From Felis catus (taxonomy: Eukaryota), in the NCBI RefSeq assembly GCF_018350175.1, contig NC_058368.1, forward strand, positions 80,850,001 through 80,914,000: a stretch of DNA of 64,000 nt, given 5' to 3'. Both the position numbers and the translations under genes were made by a program. Below are positions 23,619 through 36,175 of the stretch, piece after piece; within the stretch, counting starts at the first letter, position 1, and every line of letters starts with the position of its first letter. The notes under the pieces were generated by a model. That model did no database searches. It was not told the DNA's origin and saw nothing but the letters and a program-made list of their open reading frames with translations.

Positions 23619-24058
23619 AAAAAAGTATGTGCAGCTCCAGTGACAGTGTGCTGAGGAAGGACTGAGCATGGGTTTGTGTGACCTTGAAGGAGTCACATAA
23701 CCTCTCGCTGGTTCTGTTCTCCAGTTAAAGAAATCACAGTGAAGATTCATGCCCTCTGCGTCCGAGATCTTTGTGACTGGCCAAAACCTACCACGCCCAG
23801 AGGGGTGCTGTTTGTGGAGGGATTCAGGCACTGATGGTGGATGCTGTCGGGCTCTGGGCTGTGCCCGCTGGCTGTGCGGATACAGCAGGTGCTGGTCCAA
23901 CTGTGCGGGTGACTCCTGAGAAGGACAGCCAGGACTTAGAGGTTGGTGGCATTTACAAAGTGGGCTTTTTGTTCCCTCTCCCTTAAAGATCTGGGGCCAG
24001 CACCCCACCCTGCCCTTAGAAAGATTCTGTATGTGTATTTAAAAAACCTTGTATGACA

Positions 24059-24271
24059 TGGGGCGCCTGGGTGGCGCAGTCGGTTAAGCGTCCGACTTCA
24101 GCCAGGTCACGATCTCGCAGTCTGTGAGTTCGAGCCCCGCGTCGGGCTCTGGGCCGATGGCTCAGAGCCTGGAGCCTGTTTCCGATTCTGTGTCTCCCTC
24201 TCTCTCTGCCCCTCCCCCATTCATGCTCTGTCTCTCTCTGTCCCAAAAATAAATAAACGTTGAAAAAAAAA
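24059..24271 (+). mobile_element. Young felid Can-SINE (SINEC_Fc-type)
   Basis: GGGGCGCCTGGGTGGCGCAGTCGGTTAAGCGTCCGACTTCAGCCAGG, intact B-box GTTCGAGCC, many CpGs kept; perfect TSD AAAAAACCTTGTATGACA (24041-24058, 24272-24289). Confidence 0.97.
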
Positions 24272-24294
24272 AAAAAACCTTGTATGACAAAATT

Positions 24295-24945
24295 TGGTTT
24301 TTTTCCCCTTTTGGTGTAGGGTTCTACGAGCATAACAGAGGCATAGATTCGTCAGGATAAAGAGCAGCTCCACCACCAGCAGACCCCCTCATGCTGGCCC
24401 TGCACAGTCACACCAGGGGTGGCTAACCGTCCTGGTTTTCCATGGAGGGAGGGGTGTCCTGGGACACGGGACTGTTGGTGCTGAACCTGGGAAAGTCCTA
24501 GAGTCACCGGGACAGCTTGGCCGCCCTACCCCTGGGAACCCTGGGGCTCTCTTCCCTTATTTCGTTGGAGCATCTAGGAGCCTCTGAGGCGACGTCTCCT
24601 GCTCCACACGACGCCTCGAGGGTTCACGCGTGCTCATCCATGGGTGGCTCCGCTGATGGCTGGGTGGCATTCTGTGGTTTGGACGCATCGCATCTGCTTG
24701 TCTGTTTACCTGTGGAAGGACATTTGGGTCGTTTCCAGCTTTGGTGTTCACAGATGAAGCTACCGTGAACTGTCGTGTACAGGTTTTTGAATGTACGTGT
24801 TTTCATTTCTCTGTGAGTGGGATGGCCGGTCATATGGCAAATCTGGGTTCAACTTGATAAGCGCTTGATTACCGGTTTCCCACAGTGGTGTGTCGTTTCA
24901 CTTTCCCACCGGGAATGTAGGAGTGTTCCCATCGCCCTGCTCACG
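24295..24945 (-). mobile_element. Ancient L1M (L1MB/MC-like) 3' fragment, interrupted
   Basis: Minus-strand ORF 24624-24833 (...QSWKRPKCPSTGKQ) resembles L1 ORF2 C-terminus; TTTGGGTCGTTTCCAGCTTTGG and TTTCCCACAGTGGTTGTG are typical antisense L1M. Confidence 0.7.
24414..24530. mobile_element. MER96-like hAT element nested in the L1M
   Basis: CAGGGGTGGCTAACCGTCCTGGTTT...CCGGGACAGCTTGGCCGCCCTA with imperfect terminal inverted repeats. Confidence 0.55.
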
Positions 24946-24974
24946 TACCTGAAACGAGGGTGCTCCTTCCTGCA

Positions 24975-25150
24975 GTGCTCAGCTTCAGGCCCCAGGGAAC
25001 TCTTGGTGGCATCTGGGGACAGTTTTGGTTGTCACAGCTTGGAGGGCCCTATTGGTATCTCGTGGGTGGAGGCCAGTAGTGCTGCTAGACACCCTACGGT
25101 GCACAGGTCGAGCCCACGACAGGGACCTGTGCACCCACAGGGCTAGTGAT
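24975..25150. mobile_element. MER20-like hAT-Charlie element
   Basis: ATCTGGGGACAGTTTTGGTTGTCACAGCTTGG...TGGGTGGAGGCCAG...GCTGCTAGACACCCTACGGTGCACAGG. Confidence 0.75.
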
Positions 25151-27159
25151 GCCTGCCTAAGACGGCCCTCAGCTCAACCATTAATTTAATTCAATTAAAA
25201 TGGACAGAAATGCTGCCAGACAAGCATTCTGGAGACCAGGGAATAGTTTGACTGCTCGAGGCCTGCAGAGGCCCAGGATGGGGGTGTCAGGAGACCATGG
25301 GAGGCTCGTGTGGAAATGTGGGTCCTCCTGAGACCCTCAGAGCATCCTCACTCACCAGCCGGCCATCCCGTGAATGTGGAGTATGGCCCAGCGGCTTCTT
25401 AATTGTGTGAACAACTTAACTCCTTCCCTTGCCCAAAATGAATGAAAGTAGCCTAAAGAGAATGGGGTGTCTCAGGGCACTTCCTTAAAATAGAATTGTT
25501 TCCCTGCATTTTTAGTAAGCATCAAGTGGCCAGCAGAAGTAGCAACAAGTCTGTGTATCTTTTAGAGTCAGATGAGAGGTAAAATAGTTCACTTAAAGAT
25601 GATTAAACCCAAGGAATGCATGGGAACCACAGTTATTTAATAAACAAGCAGGAAAGAGTTGAGTAAATCAGAAAGGAAGAGAACAGTATTTGGAGGAGAT
25701 AGACACAGGCCAGAAGCTTTTCAAAGCCCCTGTGGTTTAGCTAAAACTTACGCACGTGAACGTCCGATAGGATTAGTTCCAGCTTGTGGGTTTCTGGGAC
25801 GCGGGAGACGCGGGCACAGACACACGCCCACTGGGCCCCTCCAGCTCAGTGCCTTTTTTTTCAGATGTGGGTAACTGAGAAAAAAATCAGTCATCTTTGG
25901 CATCTAAGACTTTAGGTCTTAGCTCACTTGTTGATTTCTCTTTCCCTGAGACACGTAACTTCTAAAGAACGGCATATTCATCCGATTCTAATTTCTAATG
26001 ACAATCAAAGCAACATCCAGCTTAAAAGACCATATCAAAGTGATTCAAATACCTAAATGCCTTGTGATTAAATGTACTTTTTGGTCAAGGGCTGCTTCAT
26101 TGACGGTTGCCTTTCTTGGAGTCACCTCAGGACATCGTGGCTTCCATCTGGAGCCTCCTCGAAGGCGGGAGGCAGGGTCCCTATTCCACCTGCTGCCCTC
26201 AGTCCACTCGAGTCCCCCAGCGGCACGTGGAACCAGGTGGGGCATTTTTGGTGCTGCTACATGCATTTGGGGTGCTTCTGGTCTTTGGTGCCCAGGAAGT
26301 CCTGTCCCGAGAAGGCTGACCACCGAAGCCTCATCAGCCTGCCGGGGGCCCTGACTTTGGCCAGTTTGTGGAAACTGAGTTGGAGGAGCCAAAAGTGGAG
26401 GCTTACTTCTGGCTCCTGAGCAACTGCTTTGTACCTCTGGAGGCAAGTGCCGCCCTCGCTGGCTAAGCACTACTTCCCCTGGCCGTGACCTTTGACTTAC
26501 AAGATCCTGGTCTGAGCCGAGTGAGCCCCCAGAACCCTGTGACTGTTCCCCCAACTTTCATGCCTGTCCCGTTCCCTGGGTGCGGATGGGCCCGGGACCC
26601 TGCATTTCCAACCATGGGGGGATGTCTACACTGCGGGTCCACAGCCCTCACCACGGAGGCCGGGTGAGGGGATTGGTTTCGGATTCTTGCCAAATGCCCT
26701 GACACCTCACTGCTTTCTAGCAAGGGGTTCTTGGCTGCACTTTAGACTCTCCAGGGGAACTTAGAAAGCTAGACGGACAGAAGCAAGATCCCTGGAACCT
26801 GCTTGCTGGCAGCCACAGACCCACACCGTGTCCTATCTTGGTAGAGAGTAGGGACCTTGCAATGGCGGGACACATTCAAACGTACAACACCACGTGGTCC
26901 TCTTGCATTTGAAACACTTCACAGTCAGCACAGGCTGTGCTACGGTAAGACACTTGGCAGGGGTCGGTTGTCTTCCCAGGGCTCCGTCGGCTAAGTGCCT
27001 TTAAAGCCACCAACATCATTACCTCTAAAAAAGGCACAGGATGAAATGGAGAGTCTGACAGAATCCAGAGAGCAAGTATTCAGCGTTCCAAACAAATTAG
27101 TCATATTTGTCTGTGCAGCTTTTGTAATGGCTCACGAGGGAAGGCGTGGTGGAGAGGGG

Positions 27160-27325
27160 AATGCACGTGTGTGTACGTGCATGTGTATAAATGTACTGCC
27201 CGTGCCCACGTGCACACACCTGTACACTGGTGCACACAGTGTGCTGCGTACACGCATACGTACACCAGGTGCACATTCGTGCGTGCACGTGTATGTGCAC
27301 ATGTGTGCACGTGAGTGTGATCACA
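27160..27325. repeat. Degenerate alternating purine-pyrimidine (TG/CA/CG) tract
   Basis: Directly visible. Confidence 0.8.
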
Positions 27326-28119
27326 CATGAGGAAATGGTGGGAGGGCCACTTGCCAGGTCGTGTTGGTGAGCATGATCGTTACTTAGCATTCTCCTCTCA
27401 AGGAGCCCCGGGGGGCTTTGCTGATGTCATTTCAGGCCAGCGTGAAGCCGTGGAGGGTCCTCATTGTCACTCTGACAGGTGGAGGAGTTGGGGCAGGGCA
27501 AGGGTAAGTGACCCGAGTGGGGTGAGGCCAGGGGCTCTGTGACATTGCTCGTGCGCCGCCCACCCGGCAGGTCCCTTCGGTGGAGCTCGCAGGGGAGAGG
27601 GCAGCGCGGCCTGGTTCCCGCTCTTGGGTGAGACGGGCAGGCCCAGAGGAGGCAGGCGGGCGATGGCAGCAGGCCCACAGCCTCTGGGCCAAGCCCTGGA
27701 AGTCGGGGAGGGTTTCCCAAAATAACGTTAGCCTGGGAGTGGGCTTCAATCAGAGGAGAGATGTGAGTTTGGGAAACAAAGTGGTAGATCTGTGAGGAAC
27801 AGTTGCTCTTCATTCTCTGGAGCTCATGGTTAGGATTTGGTCCTCTGGTCACTGACACACACGCACCGTTATGGTGTGATTCGGGCACACAGGGGACACA
27901 CTGTTCCGCACAGCCGTGTGCTCACCGCCAGCCTTGACAGGCGACCGCGGCAGAGTCCCCTCTGAGCCTCCTCTCCAGTCCCAGAGGTAACCACCTGCGG
28001 CCCCGAATTGTTGCCTTTAAGACCAACGAGCAAGATTAATTCGCAGCTTGGAAAGGTTATAGAAACCCAGGCTGCTGTTTAACTGTTTTCATGTTTCTTG
28101 CTGGGGGCTGAACGTTCTG

Positions 28120-28341
28120 TTTTTTTTTTTTTTTTTATGTTTATTTATTTTTGAAGGAGAGAAAGACAGAGTGTGAGTGGGGGAGGGGCAGAGAGACAGG
28201 GAGACACAGAATCCGAAGCAGCTCCAGGCTCCGAGCGCTCAGCACAGAGCCCGACGCGGGGCTCGGACTCACGGAGTATGAGATCGATCATGACCTGAAC
28301 TGAAGTCTAATGCTTAACCAACTGAGCCACCCAGGCGCCCC
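28120..28341 (-). mobile_element. Can-SINE (felid)
   Basis: T-tract, GAGACACAGAATCCGAAGCAG, ending TGAGCCACCCAGGCGCCCC. Confidence 0.95.
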
Positions 28342-29059
28342 TTCATTGTAAATATTCTTAAATACAGTCACATTCTCTATGGGAACGTTACAGTTAATCA
28401 GGCTAAAAGGGTTCTGTAGAAGTGTCATTCCCTTGGTGGTAACGTTTTCCTGTGAAGAAAAAGATACCAAGGGTCGAACGTAAGAGCAACATCCTGGTCA
28501 TGTAAAAGTGCCTCTCTGACAATGTAACTTCAGGAGATAATCTTGAAAACACATTTTACCGTCAACGTTGACCGAAGGACTCATAGGCAGAGAGTTTATG
28601 AGAGCCCATAAAACGCGGCCTGTGTACAGGGTCGGATTTTTCTCTTGTTCTTTCAGTGGCATGGCCTCCCTCCTGTTCTCACATCCTATCCCCACATTAA
28701 CAAAGACGTTTGCAACTCTCCTGTGTAGAATCCAAACAACAGGTGCCTACTGGGCAAGTGACCACACCTTGAGAACCGCTGCACTAACCAGTGGTTCTCT
28801 GTGTTGGTGGAAGATTGGACTCACCTGAGGAGTTTTGCGTCCCCTGATGTCCAGGCTGCAGCCCACCCCGCCTTGCTCTGCGTGTCACATGGAAGGATCC
28901 GGGCCCCCCGTGTGGTCCCACAAGGATTCATTTTCTGCCGCCCCATTGCACGTAGCCACGGCAAGAGCAACATAAAGCACGTGTGTTCTTCCCCGGTTCC
29001 TGTGGTCCCAAGTCTCTGGGCTTGGGGGCTCTCTCACCGGGCTGGAGTTCTGCGTCGGC

Positions 29060-29335
29060 CACTGTGACCTCACCCGGGCCCATTCTGGTTGTGGGGGGCG
29101 CCGGGCTGCTGGAGGCTGCAGACCGGGGCCTGTCTTCTTGTGAGCCAGCTTCAATCTCTTTTCCTGTGCACCCCGTCCCTCATTAAGGCCTGGAACCTCT
29201 AAGGGGCTCATCAGATTGGGTCTGGCCCACCCAGGATAAACTTCTCCTTGGTTAACTCAGAGCTAACCGACCGAGGGGCCCTCATCTCATCTGCAAAACA
29301 CCTTCACTTTTCTCTGGCCAAGTCACAGGAACCCC
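29060..29335 (-). mobile_element. Old MaLR LTR fragment (MLT1E-H-like)
   Basis: AAGGGGCTCATCAGATTGGGTCTGGCCCACCCAGGATAA...CATCTGCAAAACACCTTCAC. Confidence 0.6.
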
Positions 29336-29429
29336 GTTGTTTTCTCCGGCCCTGCCCTCCCTCCTTGAGAGGATTATAGAGGTTGTCTTCATGGACGAGC
29401 AGGGGCAGGCGTGAACAGGGGTCCTGGGG

Positions 29430-29600
29430 GCCATTCTGCAGACCGAGCCAGACCAGGAGCCTCAACATCGCTTCAGGAACCTGCTGGAAATGCAGACTCT
29501 CGTTCCCACCCCCCACCTACTGCATCACAGCCTCTGGGGCGGGTCCAGCAGTCTGTCTCATGAGCCCTCCAGGCGGTTCTGGGCTGGGTCCCCAGCCCTG
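29430..29600. mobile_element. MER5A-like DNA transposon
   Basis: GGAACCTGCTGGAAATGCAGACTCTC...CCTACTGCATCACAGCCTCTGGGGCGGGTCCAGCAGTCTGT...GCCCTCCAGGCGGTTCT. Confidence 0.75.
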
Positions 29601-29914
29601 GGTCCCGATGGAGTCTGCGCACAGATTGAAAGGTGTCAGTGACAGCGGGGGGCATGGAACCAACTGTCTGAGCTAACGTGCTTCACAAGGCTACTATTGA
29701 GGCTCCGCTCGCCTGGCCCAGCTATTCCCCTGGGCCCTCTCCTCTGCATGGGGAAGTCTAACAGAAGGGTCTGGCATGAAGCCCTGAGCCACCACCGTGA
29801 GTCCTCGAAGAGGGGAAGCTGAGACAGCCTGGAGCCAAGGCCTTTTTGCTGCGTTGTTTGCTTAATGGGCTTTGTGCTGTCCTGGTGCTAAGGGCCACCA
29901 CTGTCCTGCTGGAC

Positions 29915-30260
29915 CCTGGGTGGGACCCTGGCTCGGCCATTCACTGTGTGAACAAGCAAGTCACTTGTTTCCTCATCTGTGGAAGGGGACCAATAATAGC
30001 ATCTTTGTGGGATGTTTTTGTAAAGAGCCATTGAGATAATCCATCTAAGTACTTAGCGGAGTGCCACCAAGTGTGCCGTCAATACCTTTTAGCTGTTACT
30101 GTGATAATACTCGAATTGGAGAAGCCTCTAGAAACCGTCATATCCCTCCCTCCATTTTATGGAGGAGGAAAAGGAGAAGGCTCAGAAGGCTTAGAGACTA
30201 GCTGGTGATTACAGAAGCAGTGGCAGAGCCTCAATCAGGCTTTAATTCCATGCCTCCACC
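29915..30260. mobile_element. Two MIR fragments in opposite orientations
   Basis: GTTTCCTCATCTGTGGAAGGGG...ATAATAGCA (sense) and CTCCATTTTATGGAGGAGGAAA...GGCTCAGA (antisense). Confidence 0.6.
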
Positions 30261-30679
30261 TGTCATCCTACCACCCGCTCTGTCCCTCCCTCCCTCCCTC
30301 CCTCCCTCCACCTGCCATCCCTCCCTCCATCACTCCCTCTGTCTCTCCATCTATCCATCCCTCCATCCAGCAAACATTTATGGGACATCTGAGTGCCAGG
30401 TGATGTCGCTGGTGATTCCTAGATGAAAACGTATGGTTCCTGTGCTCACAATTCTCCTGGCTTAGTGGGAATGGGGGCTTCGGCATCGTTGATTGTGATG
30501 TGGGGATCACGCTGGCACGGGTGCTTCCTGGATCCCAAGGAAAGAGGAGGGCACTTCTCCAGCTCGTGTGGGGCAGGAGGTGGGTTAGGAAAGGTTTTCT
30601 GGATCTGAGAGGGTACGTGGTGTAACTTTGGGCAAGGAGAGAGTTCTTACACAAGCCGAGTGTGCTCCTCTGCCGAGCA

Positions 30680-30795
30680 GAGCCATCATCCTCTGGGAGG
30701 CTATACAAATGCAGAGTCCCAGTCCCCACCCCATGTTGGGATCTGCATTTTCAAAGGTTCCTGGGGGTTGATGAGCACGTGGCAGTTTAAGGCAG
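30680..30795. mobile_element. MER5-like fragment
   Basis: ACAAATGCAGAGTCCCAGTCCCCACCCC...ATCTGCATTTTCAAAGGTTCCTGGGGG. Confidence 0.55.
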
Positions 30796-33700
30796 TGTAA
30801 TGCCACGTGACATGATGCGCCCCCTCTCACTCCAGCTGTACTTGTGACATAAGTGCAAGTGCTTTGCAGAATTCTGATACCAAATCTTGTTTTTCTCCAT
30901 AGTTCCCGAGATGCGGTCCCCACCCTTGTCTAAGTCTTGCCTGGAGCGCCGTGGACCCCCCCCCCCCCCCCCCCCCCCCCACCGAGGGCACGAGGCGCTG
31001 CCTCGTGGTGCTGCACCTGCGATCTGGGCTCACACGTTAAATAAAAGCGGCGACGTGTTAGAAGCAGACAGGGCTCAGTTCTGGAAAATGGTATGAATAC
31101 CATATAAACCAAATGGCCCCTACTTCCCTAGTCTCAACAGGAGAAAGCTCCCTAAGGAAAGGAGTGTGCTCTTGGGCGGCCACAGCTCGGCACGTCTGGT
31201 GGGTGTGGTCTGTGCTCTGGGTCGAGTTCGTCCCCTTCTGAGGACACTGGGCATGCCGGCTCCCTGCTGTGACCCGGGTCCCCACAGCCCGGCCTCGGAA
31301 TGTGGTGCCCTTGGCTCCTCTGCTCTGGTCGCCTCCGGGCCTCCTGCGGAAGCCGCTTTAATTGGCGGGTGGCCGGGCCCTGTCGCAGGGGCCGGGGGCA
31401 CATGTCCGTCTGCTGGCGGCACTTGTGCGGCGTGGTGCTGCTCTGGGCCTGGCGGGGGTGCCAGTGCCCCAGAGCGGGGCGAGTGGGGCAGGACCTCGAG
31501 CCCTTCCTGTCCCCCCTTCCCCCAGGCCCCCTGCTCCCCTTCTTCAGAGGGCCGTCTTGGCCTCTCCAGCTCTCGGTGGGGAGGAAGGAGACGCAGGACG
31601 ATATGGGCAACTTACACTGTGAACGTGTGACACAGTGACGTTTTATTTTTGCCAAAAAATCAGTCCCGTAACGAAAGCACGAAGTCAAGCTAAATCATTA
31701 AAGAATTCCCACTAAACCCAACAGCTCTTCCCACTGGAGACACTTGGGTTGAATCTTTGTTCCAGATCGCACTCTTGAGTCCCCCATCCACATTTCTGTC
31801 ACCTAACATGGCACATTTTGAGTTAGCGGCTGGCTGTCTCACCCTAAAGTCAGTTCAAGGAAAACGCCTAACTTTCTACTGCGATGCTGTTTCCTCTCTT
31901 CTCGATTTCGCTCGTTGGCATTTCCAGTTCAGTTAGAGCCTGTGAGGCACCTTAAACACCTTTCCTTCCTTGTGCCAACCGCCAAATACCCACTGCCAAC
32001 CCTTGTCAATTATATGATCTCCACGTATAGGAAAATCCCAAATTTATTTTGTCATGGACTGTTTTCTCCTCCTTATAAATGTAACCCAGTCTTACTGCAG
32101 AGCGCTTAGCAAATATAAAATTATAAAGAAGTAGATGAGACCACACCCCCCCCCCACACACACATAGCCACCATTTGCTTCTGTGCTTTTTTCTGGTCTA
32201 ACTTGTGCCTCGAGAAAGTTCCCCGCAGTCTGCTTCTCAGTGGGAAATGCCTCTGTGCTCCCTGTCGTGGTGGAGGCCTTTCTGAGCCAACCCCTTCCTG
32301 TCTCTCCAGGTGCGTGTGTCAGGGCCGTGTCACATGGCCCATCACCTGGAATGTCACCCTGGTTCCCCTGAAGCCCCCCCCCCCCCCCCCATGTCCCATA
32401 CGCCTGTGTCTGCAGGAGAAAGCCCGCTGATCTGCAGGCAGCTGGCTCTGTGTCCTTTGCTAGCCTGGTGCCATGGCGGACCCCTTCCTCACACCCAGCG
32501 TGTGCTCTGTGCCCCACGTGGTGGAGCCTCAGTAAATGTTTGCTGAGCGAGTGAGTGTGCTCTGAGCCTTGTGTGAGTGGATGTGATACGTCTTTTGTGC
32601 TCACCTGCGCTCCGTCTGCCTCTTCCTTGTCAGAGCCACACTAATGACCCCGAATTGTGCCCCACAGAGTGACTTGGCAGGCTGGCCGGGGCCACCACTG
32701 TCCGCAGGGACCTGCTGGGGCTCTCTGGTCTGTTGTCGGCGAAGGCACCAGGTTGCGGCTTTGCCGCTGCAAACCTCTCCCAGCGATAGAATGAGACCCC
32801 GCATAATAAGACAGTATTGACTTGCGTTGAGAACACCCATCAGATGTATTGATCTGAAAACAAAACGTTGGCCAGCATAAGGGCTACGGTCGGCACTTCA
32901 CCTTGAAGGACAAGACGCTTGGGTAGCTCACAGAAATATGTATCCTCGCACACGTCTTGAATGTCTTTGCTGGCAACCTCTGAGAAACAGTTTGTGTGCT
33001 TAGGACTCCACAGCAGGAGTTAGCACCTGGTGCTGAAGTCCTCCAGGAGGGGAAGCTGGGATACGGGTCCCACCCCTCCTTCCCAGCCCCCATGGTGAGG
33101 GCCGGCTGTGCTTGCCAGGCTGTCTGACTTCACTGTACTGGTCACCTTGGGGGAAGCCTGGTACTTCCGGTTTTAAAAGCACAGGGCCAGGTTCCAGGGG
33201 AGCCAGGGTGGAGCCAAGTCACCCGGAGCCCCTAGGATGAATGTGCAAGTGGGTCGCTTCAAGTTCAAGTTGATGCGACACCCAAACTATGTACCTTTAG
33301 ATAGCGTGCGTGTTGGCAGCCTGTAGCACCACATCCTTGGCATGAGTGAGGCTGGGAGGGACTGGGTCCGAGCTCCGTGAGGATAGACGTCGGGGCTGAG
33401 GAGGCCGAGGGGTCCAGGGGGCTCGGCGGAGTCTCCCGGGGCTGTGCCACCCCACCGGTTTCACGGCTGCGCGGCGTGGCCGGGCGGCTCTGGATGGCAT
33501 GCTGCAGACTCAGCTGGAACTCTGCATTGTGGACGTGAGGAAGCTTCCTGGCGTGGGGCCGGCCTCCTGGTTTTCCAGAGGGCCTAGCGGCCACGGAGCT
33601 TTACCCTCCCCTGTCTTTGCTGACTTTCCCTGCTCTGAATTCATTCCTCGGTTTTGCCTTTTCTGACCCCAACCGCCCCACTAGCACCGAGGGAGGCTGC

Positions 33701-34884
33701 TTAATCGGCACGCTGTTTTCAATGCAAGCAGCACCCCAGCGGGTGGGGGTGGGTGGTGGTCTTTAACCTCTGGTGCTTCCCCAGTCGCTATGCCAACGGG
33801 AAGGGCACCGCCGACAGAGTCACCAGACGTTGTGTGGTGTGCGGGATGGTCCACGTGAGGAAGCAGCATCCCCTGTCACACACATTCCATCAGGAGGTTG
33901 GAAACCCTGTCTCTAAGTGCCTGCTCCTTGCGCCAGCTTCTTTTCCGTGGTGTTTTCCGAGGCATTTCACACAGTTTTAATAATGCTACCGTTTTCAGAA
34001 ATGCTTAAAAGAAGGGAAGGTTATTCTTGATGGTATTTGGAGCTTGACCAAAAGTTGGTCCCCTTTCAGATAGCCCCCCCACTGATGAGAACACCACTCG
34101 CATCTGAGTCACCATGTACACGCACATCTGTCTCGTTTGACCCTTGTGACAGTCACGTTCACAGCAATGCAAGCGTCGACACAAACGTGGGGTGGCTTCA
34201 GGATGTCTCTGGGGTAATTCTGTCTAGGGACTTACTGGTGAGATCCATGGTGTTTCTCTTATGATCACTTCCCTTGAGTTGTGTTAGGACATTATGTCAA
34301 AACTTGAAACTATGTGTGCAGGTGGATTTTATTCCTCCTTTTTCAGATAGCACGGGAGATTATACAACAGGTTGTAAAGAAGGACCCTGGCTCTGCCTGC
34401 TGGTAGGGCACTTCGCACCCGCTTCTGACCTCGAGCCCTCTGACCACCCCTTTCTGGAACCTAGAACCTGACCTGGGCATGAGTCGGGCCAGACCCTCCT
34501 TCTGGGACTTGATTCATTTTTAGATTCCTTGTAACTTCGCTCAACACTTGCCTATGTCTCTTTTCTTCAATTCCCATAGTCACTCTCATTCAAATGTGTG
34601 AAGTGACATTTGCTATGACGTCCTATGTCATGATGTCACACAACCAATACACTACCTCCTATTAGGTCTGCACGTGGTCACATACATTGCTGTGTAATGT
34701 ATGTGCATAGTTTCCCTCTTGGCTTTATCTGTAATTTCAAGCATTTATTCTCTTTTCTTATTGACCTTATTCAAATTGTGCCCATTCTAAGAAATATGTA
34801 AGTTTATATTTATGTTTATTACCTAACTCAGAATTTTATTTTATTTTATTATTTATTTTTACATTTTGTAATGTTTGTTTAAAA

Positions 34885-35094
34885 AAATTTTTTTTAATGT
34901 TTATTTATTTTTGAGACAGAGAGAGACAGAGCATGAACGGGGGAGGGGCAGAGAGAGAGGGAGACACAGAATCTGAAACAGGCTCCAGGCTCTGAGCTGT
35001 CAGCACAGAGCCCGACGCGGGGCTCGAACCCACAAACCATGAGATCATGACCCGAGCCAAAGTCGGAAGCCCAACCGACCCACCCAGGCGCCCC
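34885..35094 (-). mobile_element. Can-SINE (felid)
   Basis: TTTATTTATTTTTGAGACAGAGAGAGACAGAGCATGAACGGGGGAGGGGC...CCAGGCGCCCC. Confidence 0.95.
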
Positions 35095-36019
35095 CTGAGG
35101 TGGTTTTTATACGTAAGCAAGACTTTGCAGACAGAGAGGAGGGGGGCAGCGGGAACGGCACGTGCACGTGTGGTGTCCTGAGTGGCCAGTGCTGTCTGAG
35201 GGACGGTGGGGGATGCCTTTGGAAGGGAGGCTGGACCAGGTTGGAAAGACTCTGGGGTGTCAGGTCAGGAGTTGGGACAGCTGGTAGAGACCCGGAGGGG
35301 GAGTGTGTTCAGACTAACTTGTCTTTGGAAAAGGTTTCTGGCCGCTGAGCTGCCGGCAGAGCGTTTTGGAGGCTGTGGAGGGAAGTAATGGGACAGACCA
35401 AGGCTGTGGCCGGAGGGCTGGGTTTGGAGACACTTGTCTCGTGGGCTCCACGGGTGAACAGTAGATGCTGGGGGCGGGGAGACAGGAAGGAGGAGATGAG
35501 CACCCTTCAGATCTCTAGCCTGGCTGACTGACGTGGGAGCCTGGAAACCGACGGGCTTAACGTGGTCTTTGAACTGTTTTCTGGTTCCGATTGATCTGTG
35601 GTTCCTAAAGACTCAGTGGAGAAGGGATGGTCTGGGCTCACAGGAGGAATGGGCTCCGTGGGGGACCCGCTGTGTTGAGACCAAGCATTGGGGGGTTCAG
35701 GGACACATATGTAGACACGTTAATTCTCTGCAAAGAACAGTCCCACAGACTTTAAAACATACCAAATTGTAAAAGTGCCCCATGACTGACGTGCCAGAGA
35801 ATGACAGATATGTTCAGAGTGGCCAGAGACTTTGGACTACGTAGCCTGGTTTGCTCATTTTCTAAGTGAGGTGGGATATGGGGGCCCCGGGAGGTTCAGT
35901 GAAGGTCACATATCTAGTGAGGGTCAGAAATGAGTTGGATCCTATGTTGTCCGGCCCTAAGTTTACACTGCGTTCACTCTCCCATGCTGTTTCTTTTTGT
36001 CTGTTCGTGTGTGTTATTA

Positions 36020-36175
36020 AAACACACATGGGTTCCTTGATATGAGAACTTCATTGTGAATGTGGTGGTTGTGTCGGAGAATATCCCTGTTCTTAGGAAA
36101 TATACACCCAGGCATGACCAGGTAGAAATGCATGTTGTTTGCAGCCTATACTCAAAAGAATCAGGGAAAACAGCC
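36020..36175 (+). mobile_element. Ancient L1M (L1MC/MD-like) 3' fragment
   Basis: GGAGAATATCCCTGTTCTTAGGAAATATACAC...TGCAGCCTATACTCAAAAGAATCAGGGAAAA, followed by a (TG/TA)n tract to about 36430. Confidence 0.55.

Noticed and set aside
24059..24150. tRNA-like A- and B-boxes suggesting a tRNA gene
   Set aside because: This is the tRNA-derived head of a Can-SINE, with a (CT)n tract, A tail and TSD; the same applies to the other copies.
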